Shown here: one piece after another, positions 19,434 to 27,161 of the stretch
How the letters are laid out: every line of letters starts with the position of its first letter
How positions within the stretch are numbered: the first letter of the stretch is position 1
Assembly (NCBI GenBank): GCA_029777335.1
Contig: JAKOSN010000207.1
Coordinates: 1 to 35,909 of the forward strand
Source of the DNA: Planctomycetota bacterium
Lineage (GTDB): Bacteria; Planctomycetota; Planctomycetia; Gemmatales; Gemmataceae
DNA: 35,909 bases
Direction of reading: 5' to 3'
Made by a program: the position numbers and the translations under genes
The notes under the pieces: generated by a model
What the model was told of the DNA's origin: nothing
Database searches by the model: none
What the model saw: only the letters and a program-made list of their open reading frames with translations

Positions 19434-19508
19434 CTCGGTTCCTTTTGCGCGTTGATTGGGGCTCTCGACTTCCCTGCCATGATACCATACGTGAGCGCGG
19501 GATCGTGA

Positions 19509-21629
19509 TCACTCCAGGGGAGCCACCTGAACGAGATTATCGAAGAACGTCGCCCCCCCGCCGAGGTCGGTAAGTCGACTGCTCGTGGTCATGTTGCAGT
19601 TCATGCCGTCGGCGGTGTAGCGGCTCCACCAGACGCCGAGGGTCGCCACCACCCCCGGCTGCACGGTCGGACCGACCACTGCCCGCGCCTGAAATCCGCC
19701 GCGTTCATTGAACACGCGCACCAGCTGACCGTGGTGAATCCCTCGTTGCAGAGCGTCGGCGGGATGTATCTCGACGATCGGCTCGCGCGCATCTTCACGC
19801 AACGAGGGAACGTTGACAAAGGTCGAGTTCAGAAACGACGGATGAGGCGGACTCACCATCTGCAGAGGATAGCGACGAGCCAGCTCGGGGTGCGTCTGCG
19901 GATCCTCGTGCGGGGGGACATAGGCGGGCAAGGGATCGAGTCCGCGCGCCTCCAGCGAGGGGCTGAATAACTCGCACTTGCCGGACGGCGTCGCAAAGTG
20001 GCCATGGGCGAAGGGCGTGTAGTCGAGCGGCAGATTCAGACGCAGCGGGCCTTCCTCCAGCAGACGCTCCCGCGTGATCCCCTCGAAAGCTTCCTGGTGC
20101 GGATAGCGTCCCGGCGCCTCAAGGGGGTCCAGGGCGAGGCGGATCAATTCCTCGTCGCTCACGTCGAACAATGCGCGTTCAAAACCCATGCGTTGGGCCA
20201 GCAGGCGGAACACCTCGGTATTGCATTTCGCCTCACCCAGCGGGGCGATCGCTGGTTGATTGATCTGCACATAGAGATGGCCATACGCGCCGTGAATGTC
20301 CCAGTGCTCCAGCTGCGTGGTCGCCGGCAGAACGATGTCGGCATACCTGGTTGTGTCGGTCGGGAATTGTTCGTGAACCACGGTGAACAGATCGGTGCGC
20401 GCCAGCCCTGCGCGAACGCGGTGCTGATTGGGACACACGGCCGCGGGGTTGGAGTTCCAGACATAAAGGGCACGCACAGGTGGACCGGCGAGTTCACCAT
20501 GGAGTGCCTCGCCCAGCTGAACCATGTTCACCGTGCGCGTTCCCGGCGGAACCAGATCCGGGCGCGTCAGGCGATCATCTCGCAGAAACGGGTTCTGGCC
20601 CGAGGTGCTCAGCAAGGCGCCGCCGCCCGGATAACGCCAGGCGCCGATGAGCGCGGGGAGGCAGGTGATGGTTCGCACCGCCATCCCCCCCCCGCCATGC
20701 CGTTGCAACCCATAGTTGAGGCGGATAAACGACGGCCCGCGGCGCTCCTCCCTCGAGGTGGCATAGAGCCGGGCGAGGTCCTCGATATCCTTGACCGGGA
20801 GAGTTGTGATCGCCGACACCTTCTCGGGGGAATAGTCGCGCTCCACCCGGTCGCGCAGCTCATCGCCTCCAAGACAAAAGCGATCCAGATAGTCCTGATC
20901 GTGCCATCCTTCACGCCAGATCACGTGCATCATCCCCAGGGCGAGGGCGGCATCGGTGCCGGGGCGGATGGGAAGCCACCAATCGCTGCGTGCGGCGGTG
21001 CGACTCCGGTGCGGATCGATGGTGATGATGCGTGCCCCTTCGCGGCGCGCCTTCACCATCAGAACCCACAGGTGGGAATTGGTGACGCTGGTATTCGAGC
21101 CCCAGTTGATAATGGTGCGCGCCTTGACCACCGTATCGGGATCGACAAAGGCGCGCGTTCCCAGGGTCACGAGACAGCCGGCGATTCCCGCAGTGGCACA
21201 GATGGTGCGGTCCAGCAACGAGGCACCCAGGCGATGGAAGAAGCGAAAGCCGAGGCTGCCGCCCTGAAGCTGGCCCATGGTGCCGGCATAGCTGTACGGC
21301 AGGATTGTCTGGGGGCCGTCGGGGGACTGGGCGAGCGCACCGAACGTGCGTGCAATCGTGTCGAGCGCCTCCTCCCAGGTGATCCGTTCAAAGCGCCCCT
21401 CGCCCTTGGCGCCAACGCGCTTCAGCGGCCATTGCAAACGCTCCGGGTGATAGACTCGTTCCAGGTAACGCGCCACTTTCTGGCAGAGGAATCCCCCGGT
21501 GAAGGAGTGGTCGGGATTGCCGCGCAGGTCCACGGCCCGACCCGCCTTGACGGTGACGACAAGGGAACAGGTATCGGGACAGTCGTGGGGGCAGACAGCG
21601 CGAACGAGGTGCGGGGCCTGAGTGATCAC
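19509..21629 (-). CDS. Molybdopterin (bis-MGD) oxidoreductase catalytic subunit with N-terminal 4Fe-4S domain (formate dehydrogenase / assimilatory nitrate reductase-like). Start revised to GTG 21629 (MITQAPHLV...). The track start 21650 would put the GGAGG SD inside the ORF.
   Basis: Cys cluster CPHDCPDTC...GGFLC near the N-terminus. Molybdopterin oxidoreductase signatures along the length. GAAAAGGAGGATCGATCG precedes the GTG at 21629 with 8-nt spacing. No in-frame TGA, so no Sec in this enzyme. Confidence 0.8.
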   Translation of the reverse strand: MITQAPHLVRAVCPHDCPDTCSLVVTVKAGRAVDLRGNPDHSFTGGFLCQKVARYLERVYHPERLQWPLKRVGAKGEGRFERITWEEALDTIARTFGALAQSPDGPQTILPYSYAGTMGQLQGGSLGFRFFHRLGASLLDRTICATAGIAGCLVTLGTRAFVDPDTVVKARTIINWGSNTSVTNSHLWVLMVKARREGARIITIDPHRSRTAARSDWWLPIRPGTDAALALGMMHVIWREGWHDQDYLDRFCLGGDELRDRVERDYSPEKVSAITTLPVKDIEDLARLYATSREERRGPSFIRLNYGLQRHGGGGMAVRTITCLPALIGAWRYPGGGALLSTSGQNPFLRDDRLTRPDLVPPGTRTVNMVQLGEALHGELAGPPVRALYVWNSNPAAVCPNQHRVRAGLARTDLFTVVHEQFPTDTTRYADIVLPATTQLEHWDIHGAYGHLYVQINQPAIAPLGEAKCNTEVFRLLAQRMGFERALFDVSDEELIRLALDPLEAPGRYPHQEAFEGITRERLLEEGPLRLNLPLDYTPFAHGHFATPSGKCELFSPSLEARGLDPLPAYVPPHEDPQTHPELARRYPLQMVSPPHPSFLNSTFVNVPSLREDAREPIVEIHPADALQRGIHHGQLVRVFNERGGFQARAVVGPTVQPGVVATLGVWWSRYTADGMNCNMTTSSRLTDLGGGATFFDNLVQVAPLE

Positions 21630-21831
21630 CGATCGATCCTCCTTTTCCACTGATTGTGGAAGGAGAAGAGGCGATTGTCAATCACTGCGGTGGCTTCCCC
21701 GCGGACCGGCCCTGGTTTCATCGCGGTGGCATCATAAAATGAGCGACGTGGACCGCCACACGGCCGGCCCGGCGCGCTCGCGTTGAGCTGTCGGCTGAAT
21801 GCTTCTCAAGATCCCGGAAAGCCGAGACCGT

Positions 21832-22287
21832 ATGCAAAAGACACTCGTTTTGCTCAAACCCGATTGTGTACATCGCCGTCTGGTGGGGGCGCTCCTCCAA
21901 CGCTTCGAGCAGAAGGGCCTGCGCATCGCCGCGATGAAGATTCTCCAGGCCAGCACCGAACTGGCGCAGAAGCACTACGCGGTGCACCAGGGGAAGCCGT
22001 TTTACGAATCGCTGATCACCTTTCTGACTGCCGGTCCCACGGTGGCGCTGGTGCTCGAAGGGCGCGAAGCGGTGGTGGTGGTTCGGAACCTCATGGGGCC
22101 GACCGATGGCGCCAAGGCTCCCCCGGGATCGATTCGCGGGGACCATGCCATCAGTATTCAGAACAACCTCATTCATGGGAGCGACAGCCCCGAGAATGCG
22201 GCAAGCGAGATTGCTCTCTGGTTTCGCCCCGAGGAACTGGTGCATTACCAGACGGTGGATGCCGCCTGGGTTGCCGGTAGCAACTGA
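21832..22287 (+). CDS. ndk: Nucleoside diphosphate kinase
   Basis: MQKTLVLLKPDCVHRRLVGALLQRFEQKGLRIAAMK...NLIHGSDSPENAASEIALWF matches the conserved Ndk signature, including the active-site His region NxIHGSD. Start taken at ATG 21832 rather than the track start at 21799. Confidence 0.9.
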   Translation: MQKTLVLLKPDCVHRRLVGALLQRFEQKGLRIAAMKILQASTELAQKHYAVHQGKPFYESLITFLTAGPTVALVLEGREAVVVVRNLMGPTDGAKAPPGSIRGDHAISIQNNLIHGSDSPENAASEIALWFRPEELVHYQTVDAAWVAGSN

Positions 22288-22530
22288 GCAACTTCCTGGG
22301 AGCGCGCCGTCGCCCGTGGGTGGCGGCTCTCCCTGGTCAATCCTTCTGTGAAGGTCGTCGAGGCGCGCGAGAGCCATCTCACGGTGATTTTCTGGTTGAA
22401 GGGGGATTGATTGGCAGGTGGATCTGGGAATGCCCGTGCGAGTGGGAGTGAGCACGAGGCTGGCGGCGGTCTTCCCCGTGCGATAACCGGCTTGGGGTGA
22501 ACCCCATCACGGCGCTGCAACACAATGAAT

Positions 22531-22579
22531 ACCCTCCCCCGCGAGCAGGAACTCCCGGCTCGCGGGGGAATGGGAGGGT
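22531..22579 (-). terminator. Long imperfect hairpin 14 nt downstream of the stop of the minus-strand gene at 22593. Inner stem: cccccgcgagc (22536-22546), 11-nt loop, gctcgcggggg (22558-22568). Outer stem: accct(ccc), 3-nt bulge, (ggg)agggt.
   Basis: Seen in sequence: about 19 bp pairing potential. In minus orientation it is followed by AUUCAUUGUGUU. Probable terminator or RNA-stability element for the 143-aa gene. Confidence 0.5.
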
Positions 22580-22592
22580 TGGGTTATGAGGC

Positions 22593-23021
22593 TCAGGCGA
22601 CTCCCACGTCCTTCTTGACGCGCGAATACCAGTTGGAGAAGAGGCCGGTCTTGACCTTGTAGCTGTTGTCGTCGATCACCTCGATGACCATACGCTTCAG
22701 CTGGACCTCGTTCTTCTTGCCCTGCGTGGCCTTCTTCGCCATGGCGACGCAATCGTTAAATTCCTTCTCGTCGATCTTGCCATCGTTGCTGGCAAAGGTT
22801 TCGATGAGATCCTTGATCTGCGAAAGAACCTTGCTTTCCAGGACGTAGCCGTTGCTCTCACACACCTGAGCGAGGGCGGAGCGGGCCGAATCGACGGTCA
22901 CGCCGGCCTGCAAGGCAATCTGGAGGATTTCACGTTCCTCGTTCTTGTCGATGTACTTGTCGTCGTAGGCACGCAACTTGACCTGTTCGACAAACTGCCG
23001 TTTCACTTCATCCAGCGTCAT
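22593..23021 (-). CDS. Hypothetical cytoplasmic protein (143 aa, Lys/Glu-rich, no signal peptide). Function unknown.
   Basis: Start placed at ATG 23021 (MTLDEVKRQF...) because AGGAG lies 8 nt upstream. The track GTG at 23030 would abut the SD. Codon usage is lower in GC than the neighbouring genes. Confidence 0.65.
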   Translation of the reverse strand: MTLDEVKRQFVEQVKLRAYDDKYIDKNEEREILQIALQAGVTVDSARSALAQVCESNGYVLESKVLSQIKDLIETFASNDGKIDEKEFNDCVAMAKKATQGKKNEVQLKRMVIEVIDDNSYKVKTGLFSNWYSRVKKDVGVA

Positions 23022-23047
23022 GGAAGCCACTCCTTACTTTGCAGAAG

Positions 23048-23067
23048 GTGAGAATCGCTTTTCTCAC
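23048..23067. promoter_or_regulatory. Inverted repeat GTGAGAA-N6-TTCTCAC in the 5' leader of the 143-aa gene
   Basis: Seen in sequence: gtgagaa tcgctt ttctcac, located 27-46 nt upstream of the ATG at 23021. Candidate operator or leader hairpin. Confidence 0.3.
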
Positions 23068-23240
23068 TTCACCTGAGCTGTTGTATTCTCTCCGAAACAG
23101 TCAGAGGACTGACAGTTGGTACACTGAGTAGTTCGTTAACCCACGCGGTTTATTTTGGAGAAACTCGCCTGATTATACCCGGCGGCAAGGTGTCATCAAC
23201 GATGGAGTTGGATCGCGCAAGGAATTCTCGGGGGAAGAAA

Positions 23241-23275
23241 AAAGCCAGCCAGGCAACGGCGCCTGGCTGGCTTTG
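23241..23275 (-). terminator. Rho-independent terminator for the minus-strand gene ending at 23318: gccagccaggc (23244-23254), loop aacggc, gcctggctggc (23261-23271). Preceded on plus by AAAAAA, which is a U6 tract on the minus strand.
   Basis: Seen in sequence: perfect 11-bp stem with adjacent A/T runs, most convincingly oriented for the minus strand. Confidence 0.75.
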
Positions 23276-23317
23276 GTGAGTGCAGGACCGAGAAGCGTCA
23301 ACAAGACAATCCCGAAA

Positions 23318-23878
23318 CTACTTGAGGATCTTGGAGAGATCCTTGACAATTGCCTCGACATCCGAGGACTTCATTTCGCCCTTACGGAAGGCATAGTTGG
23401 CCTTGATTGCCCGGTTGACGTAGAGAACGACAGTGACGTCGGCATCCTTGGCTACCTTGTGGCCCTTCGGGCCGGCGGGGTTATCCATCGCCAAGACGGT
23501 TTGCTTGAGGTTTTCCTTCTTGGCAAGTTCTTTCAGCTTCGGTTCGAGTTCGTCGGTATCCTTGGTGAGGAAGACGACAAAACTGCCCATCCGTTGCTTC
23601 TTGTTGGCCGCAGTGGCCTCATCGAGCTTCTTGACCAAACTGGTCAAGCCGGGGGTGACTTCGCGAGCGAAGACCATCGCCACCGGATTACCACCGTTCT
23701 TTCATACCAAGCACACTTTACCGCCCGCGTCGGGGCCGGTCACATGGAGTGGGTTGAAGGCAGGAACACCTTTGTCGCCCGGCTGTAAGCCGGACTTTAC
23801 GGGCTCCGCTGCGATCAGTGCGCCGCCGAGCAGCATCACCGTCATCAGCGTCGCCCCGGACAGGTAACGCGCATACAT
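23318..23878 (-). CDS. Candidate secreted selenoprotein. ATG at 23878, a 58-codon signal-peptide-bearing N-terminus ending ...GGKVCLV, an in-frame TGA at 23704-23702, then a 121-aa ORF (KNGGNPVAMVFAREV...KILK) in the same frame. Predicted CxxU motif (C-L-V-Sec). The alternative is a disrupted pseudogene or two separate genes.
   Basis: Seen in sequence:
- GGAGG lies 10 nt upstream of ATG 23878
- The N-terminus MYARYLSGATLMTVMLLGGALIAAEP is a typical Sec signal
- The frame is continuous through a single TGA
- Cys sits exactly 3 residues before the TGA
- The downstream segment can form hairpins, e.g. cuucg-cucg-cgaag about 35 nt after the UGA. Confidence 0.45.
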
Positions 23879-24057
23879 GTGCGATTAACCTCCAGGGTAG
23901 GATACGGTCCCGCAAGCACCATTAGTTTTCTTATCATCCCGCGAGACACCCGGCAAGAGGGCAAGGAACTGGACGATCGGTTTCTTCCCTGGCACTCGGT
24001 TTTCCCGGCTTCACGCCTCCTCTTTTCCTAGCCTGGATCTCCTCGCATAATGGAAGG

Positions 24058-24357
24058 ATGACCAGGAAAGCACGGGGTGAGCGAACCATTCGGCTCGAAC
24101 GCTCCCCGAAACTCGATGGGATCGGCATTTTCAGTGTGCGCGCCGGCACCACCCGTGCCTATTATGTGCTGCACGAAATCCCCTGCGCCATTGGCGGACG
24201 GGGGTTTGCTGTTCATCGACTCGGACTGGGGTCGCTCTACCATGTCCGCATCGGTCCGCCCGAAGATTGTTCTTGCGAATGTCTGGGATTTCTGGCCCAT
24301 GGGCGTTGCCGGCATATCCTCGGCTTGCTGGCCCTGGCACGACGCGACAAGATTTGA
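24058..24357 (+). CDS. Small protein with SWIM-type zinc-finger-like motif (CxCx10CxH). Weakly supported.
   Basis: 99-aa ORF. Motif DCSCECLGFLAHGRCRHI fits the SWIM consensus CxCxnCxH. The start context is poor (GGAAGG abuts the ATG). Lies between the divergent selenoprotein-candidate promoter and the ECF sigma gene. Confidence 0.3.
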   Translation: MTRKARGERTIRLERSPKLDGIGIFSVRAGTTRAYYVLHEIPCAIGGRGFAVHRLGLGSLYHVRIGPPEDCSCECLGFLAHGRCRHILGLLALARRDKI

Positions 24358-24465
24358 CCGCGTCGTTGCTACCGCCGGGGTGCTCCGGCGGTTCAATCTG
24401 ATGTCTTTTGACTGCGAAGCAAGTACAATAAGAACAATTCCCTACGAACCCTTCCGAGATGCACC

Positions 24466-25278
24466 ATGGATGAGCGCCTGCAGCGAATCAATACGATGTG
24501 GAGCCAGGTGCTCAAGATCCCGCAGCAGGGGCTGGACGGAAGCGTCCATCAGAATCTGGACAGCATTGTCACCAATACCGATCTCTTACTGGAGGCGAAT
24601 CGCACCCCCGACCCGGTGCTCTCGCCCATGATGCAAATGGCCCAGCAGGCGCTGATGCAACGCTATCATGGTGCTGTTTATCGCTATTTGCTGGCGGCGG
24701 TGCGCGATCCGCATGTGGCGGAGGACCTTACCCAGGAGTTTGCCCTGCGCTTTATTCAGGGGCGGTTTCGCCATTACTCCCCCGAGCAGGGACGTTTCCG
24801 CGATTATCTCAAGAGCGCGCTCTTTCATCTGGTTGCAGACTTTCGCCGCAAGAGTTGTCGCGAACCCGATCTCATGGCGTCCGACTTCGAGCCGTCGGCG
24901 CGCGAAGAACCAACCTCGGAAGAAGACTCGCTCTTTCTGGACACCTGGCGCAAGGAACTGCTGGCGCGCGCCTGGGAGTCTCTCGCGCGCGTGGAGAGCG
25001 AAACCGGGCAACCGTATCACCTGGTGCTGCGCTACCGCTCGGAGCATCCCGAGCGCTCCTCGCAACAAATCGCCGCGGAACTCTCGCGGCAATTGAACCG
25101 ACCGCTCACCTCAACCAACATTCGCAAGTTGATCGAACGCGCCCGGGAGAAGTTTCGGCAATTCCTGCTGGAGGACCTTCGCCTGTCACTGGGCAATCGT
25201 GCCGAGACCGATCTGGAAGAGGAACTGCAAGCCCTGAACCTGTGGAAGTACTGTCGCGACGATCTGCGCTCCCATTGA
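24466..25278 (+). CDS. ECF-type RNA polymerase sigma factor (sigma-70 regions 2 and 4) with N-terminal extension
   Basis: - Region 2-like: YHGAVYRYLLAAVRDPHVAEDLTQEFALRFIQG
- Region 4-like HTH: YHLVLRYRSEHPERSSQQIAAELS
Start could be later (MWSQ at 24496). Confidence 0.7.
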   Translation: MDERLQRINTMWSQVLKIPQQGLDGSVHQNLDSIVTNTDLLLEANRTPDPVLSPMMQMAQQALMQRYHGAVYRYLLAAVRDPHVAEDLTQEFALRFIQGRFRHYSPEQGRFRDYLKSALFHLVADFRRKSCREPDLMASDFEPSAREEPTSEEDSLFLDTWRKELLARAWESLARVESETGQPYHLVLRYRSEHPERSSQQIAAELSRQLNRPLTSTNIRKLIERAREKFRQFLLEDLRLSLGNRAETDLEEELQALNLWKYCRDDLRSH

Positions 25279-25522
25279 AGCGACCGGTGGAAAGTCCCAC
25301 GCTCCGTCACGCCCGTTCTCCTCCCCGACGAGTCTGCGCGATCCGGTGCTCCTGAAGCCTCGGTCCTTCGTTCCTCCAACTCGGGACGGTCGAGCGCAGC
25401 TTTTTGCAACGACCGCACTTCCAGGGAAAATGGCTCCGATGTATGCTGTCTGCCGTGCGGACATCGGCGACGACGGGGCATGCTGAGGACGAACCGCGAT
25501 TTGCACCGAAAGGGGAACAGGG

Positions 25523-26398
25523 ATGACTTTCGCCAATTTGCTTTTTCTGACCACGCTGGGGCTCCCGGCCGCGGACCACGAGGCGAGCAATCCCGTCTAT
25601 CGCCACCTGCGACAAACCGGCGTGGCGATCACCTCCACCCAGACGATCCCGCTTCCTCCCCCAAGCATGGCCGACGGGTTATCCGCCGAGGGGCAACAGA
25701 AGGTGATCAGGGAGGTCGCAGGGCGCGATTATGCAGTGGCCGAGTTGCTTCGAAAATCGCCGGTGTCCCCGCACATCCTGCGGCTGCGTGACATCACCCC
25801 GGCGGATCCCCAAACTCCTAGGCGCGGCGTCGATGTCTGGTTCATCGCTTATGGCGATCTGAAAACTCTCTCGAAGAAGGAGTTCCTGGAGCGGTTGCAG
25901 AACAGTAATCGCGAGGAGGCGAAGGGGGAACAAATCAAGAGCGAGGCGTTGAAAAAGCGTGGGATTGAAATCAAAAGCGAGGACGACAAACGCGAGGCGT
26001 ATGGCCACCTTGTGTTCAACTTCCTTGATCGGGTTCAGATCAGCACCACAGGGCACACGTTCTGGTCGGAGACCGACGATTCAATCCTGATTGCCAGCGA
26101 ACTCGATCCGCGCTTTGCTCGCGATTCCGACTATCCCAATCAGTGGCGCGCCATCAGCAAGGACCGGCAGGGGAAAAAGGAACTGGGCGAACCCCAACCC
26201 TACCAGGGATCGGGCTACTATCTCAAGATTACCCGCCTTGCCAGCCCGGAAGGCGCTCTCTTTGTGGAGGGGCATGTGATCTTTGCTGAACCAGTCAAGT
26301 GGTTCAACGGCGCCAATCTGCTCCGATCCAAACTTCCCCCGGTGGTGCAGAACCAGGTGCGCGCGTTCCGTCGTGAACTCGGCAAACGCGCGCCCTGA
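25523..26398 (+). CDS. Hypothetical protein downstream of the ECF sigma factor gene (291 aa). Function unknown.
   Basis: AGGGGA SD 7 nt upstream of the ATG. Hydrophobic N-terminus MTFANLLFLTTLGLPAA may be a signal peptide. Lys/Glu-rich central region. No family recognised. Confidence 0.6.
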   Translation: MTFANLLFLTTLGLPAADHEASNPVYRHLRQTGVAITSTQTIPLPPPSMADGLSAEGQQKVIREVAGRDYAVAELLRKSPVSPHILRLRDITPADPQTPRRGVDVWFIAYGDLKTLSKKEFLERLQNSNREEAKGEQIKSEALKKRGIEIKSEDDKREAYGHLVFNFLDRVQISTTGHTFWSETDDSILIASELDPRFARDSDYPNQWRAISKDRQGKKELGEPQPYQGSGYYLKITRLASPEGALFVEGHVIFAEPVKWFNGANLLRSKLPPVVQNQVRAFRRELGKRAP

Positions 26399-26405
26399 AG
26401 GCTCC

Positions 26406-27161
26406 TCAGACGAGATCCGGTCCGCGTCCCTGGGCATGAGCGATAATCGGGATCTCGTGAGTGGGTGTGCGCGGGGTACACAGCCGGGTATCCTCGATGA
26501 TGCGGCCATCGCGAATGCGCACCACTCGCTCGGCTCGCAGGGCGACCTCATCGCTATGGGTGACCACCACCAGGGTCATGCCACGATCGCGATGAAGCGC
26601 GGCGAAGAGATCCAGCACATCGTTGGCGGTCCGGGTATCGAGGTTCCCAGTCGGTTCATCGGCGAGCAGCAGCGGTGGATCGTTGGCCAGGGCGCGAGCG
26701 ATCGCCACCCGCTGACGTTCCCCGACCGACAGACGCGAAGGGAGATGCTGCAGACGGTGGGATAAGCCCACGGTTTGCAGTAATTCAAGCGCCTTCTGAG
26801 CTCGCTGCGCGGCGCGCAACGGTCCCTCGAACATGGGGATCTGCACATTCTCCAGCGCGGTCAAGGTGGGCAACAGGTGGAATGATTGGAAGACAAAGCC
26901 GATCCGCCGCGAGCGAAACTCGTCCAGGTTGCCGTAGGCGTTCAGGGGTTTGCCCTCGAAGCGGATTTCGCCCCGGTCGGGTTCGTCGAGCGCACCGAGG
27001 AGGTTGAGCAGGGTGGATTTGCCACTCCCGCTTGGACCCATGATGGCGACATAATCGCCCCGTGCGATCTCCAGCGAAAGATCGACCAGGGCAGCCACCT
27101 TGCCATCCGGGTAGACCTTGCAAACCCGGAGGGCGGCCAGCAACGGCTCGGATTCACTCAT
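26406..27161 (-). CDS. ABC transporter ATP-binding protein (LolD/MacB/DevA-like)
   Basis: Walker A GPSGSGKST. Signature LSVGERQRVAIARAL. Walker B LLLADEPTGNLD. H-loop VVVTHS. Start at ATG 27161 (MSESEPLL...) overlaps the upstream permease stop in the sequence ATGAGTGA, indicating coupling. Confidence 0.9.
   Translation of the reverse strand: MSESEPLLAALRVCKVYPDGKVAALVDLSLEIARGDYVAIMGPSGSGKSTLLNLLGALDEPDRGEIRFEGKPLNAYGNLDEFRSRRIGFVFQSFHLLPTLTALENVQIPMFEGPLRAAQRAQKALELLQTVGLSHRLQHLPSRLSVGERQRVAIARALANDPPLLLADEPTGNLDTRTANDVLDLFAALHRDRGMTLVVVTHSDEVALRAERVVRIRDGRIIEDTRLCTPRTPTHEIPIIAHAQGRGPDLV

Noticed and set aside
18252-19508. 418-aa plus-strand ORF overlapping the FAD oxidoreductase gene
   Set aside because: The minus-strand ORF carries the GxGxxG FAD-binding N-terminus. 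The plus-strand product is low-complexity with no motif. High-GC antisense artefact.
19509-21650. Possibility that the formate-dehydrogenase-like molybdoenzyme is itself a selenoprotein
   Set aside because: No in-frame TGA anywhere in the ORF, and the putative Mo-ligand position is encoded as Cys. So selenium involvement is proposed only for the small CxxU candidate.
19998-21653. 551-aa plus-strand ORF antisense to the molybdopterin oxidoreductase
   Set aside because: Same reasoning. The minus-strand frame contains the 4Fe-4S Cys cluster and the oxidoreductase signatures.
22288-22530. About 240-nt non-coding stretch after ndk, inspected for an ncRNA or riboswitch
   Set aside because: Only short local stems (ggggtgaacccc) and no recognisable riboswitch or sRNA consensus. 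It is best explained as a 3' UTR or spacer ending in the long hairpin at 22531-22579.
23684-23878. Alternative reading of the selenoprotein candidate as an independent 58-aa secreted peptide gene followed by a separate 121-aa gene
   Set aside because: Not fully rejected. It is kept as the alternative hypothesis. I disfavour it because the second ORF lacks a convincing SD, the two parts are exactly in frame, and the break falls at a CxxU-type position.
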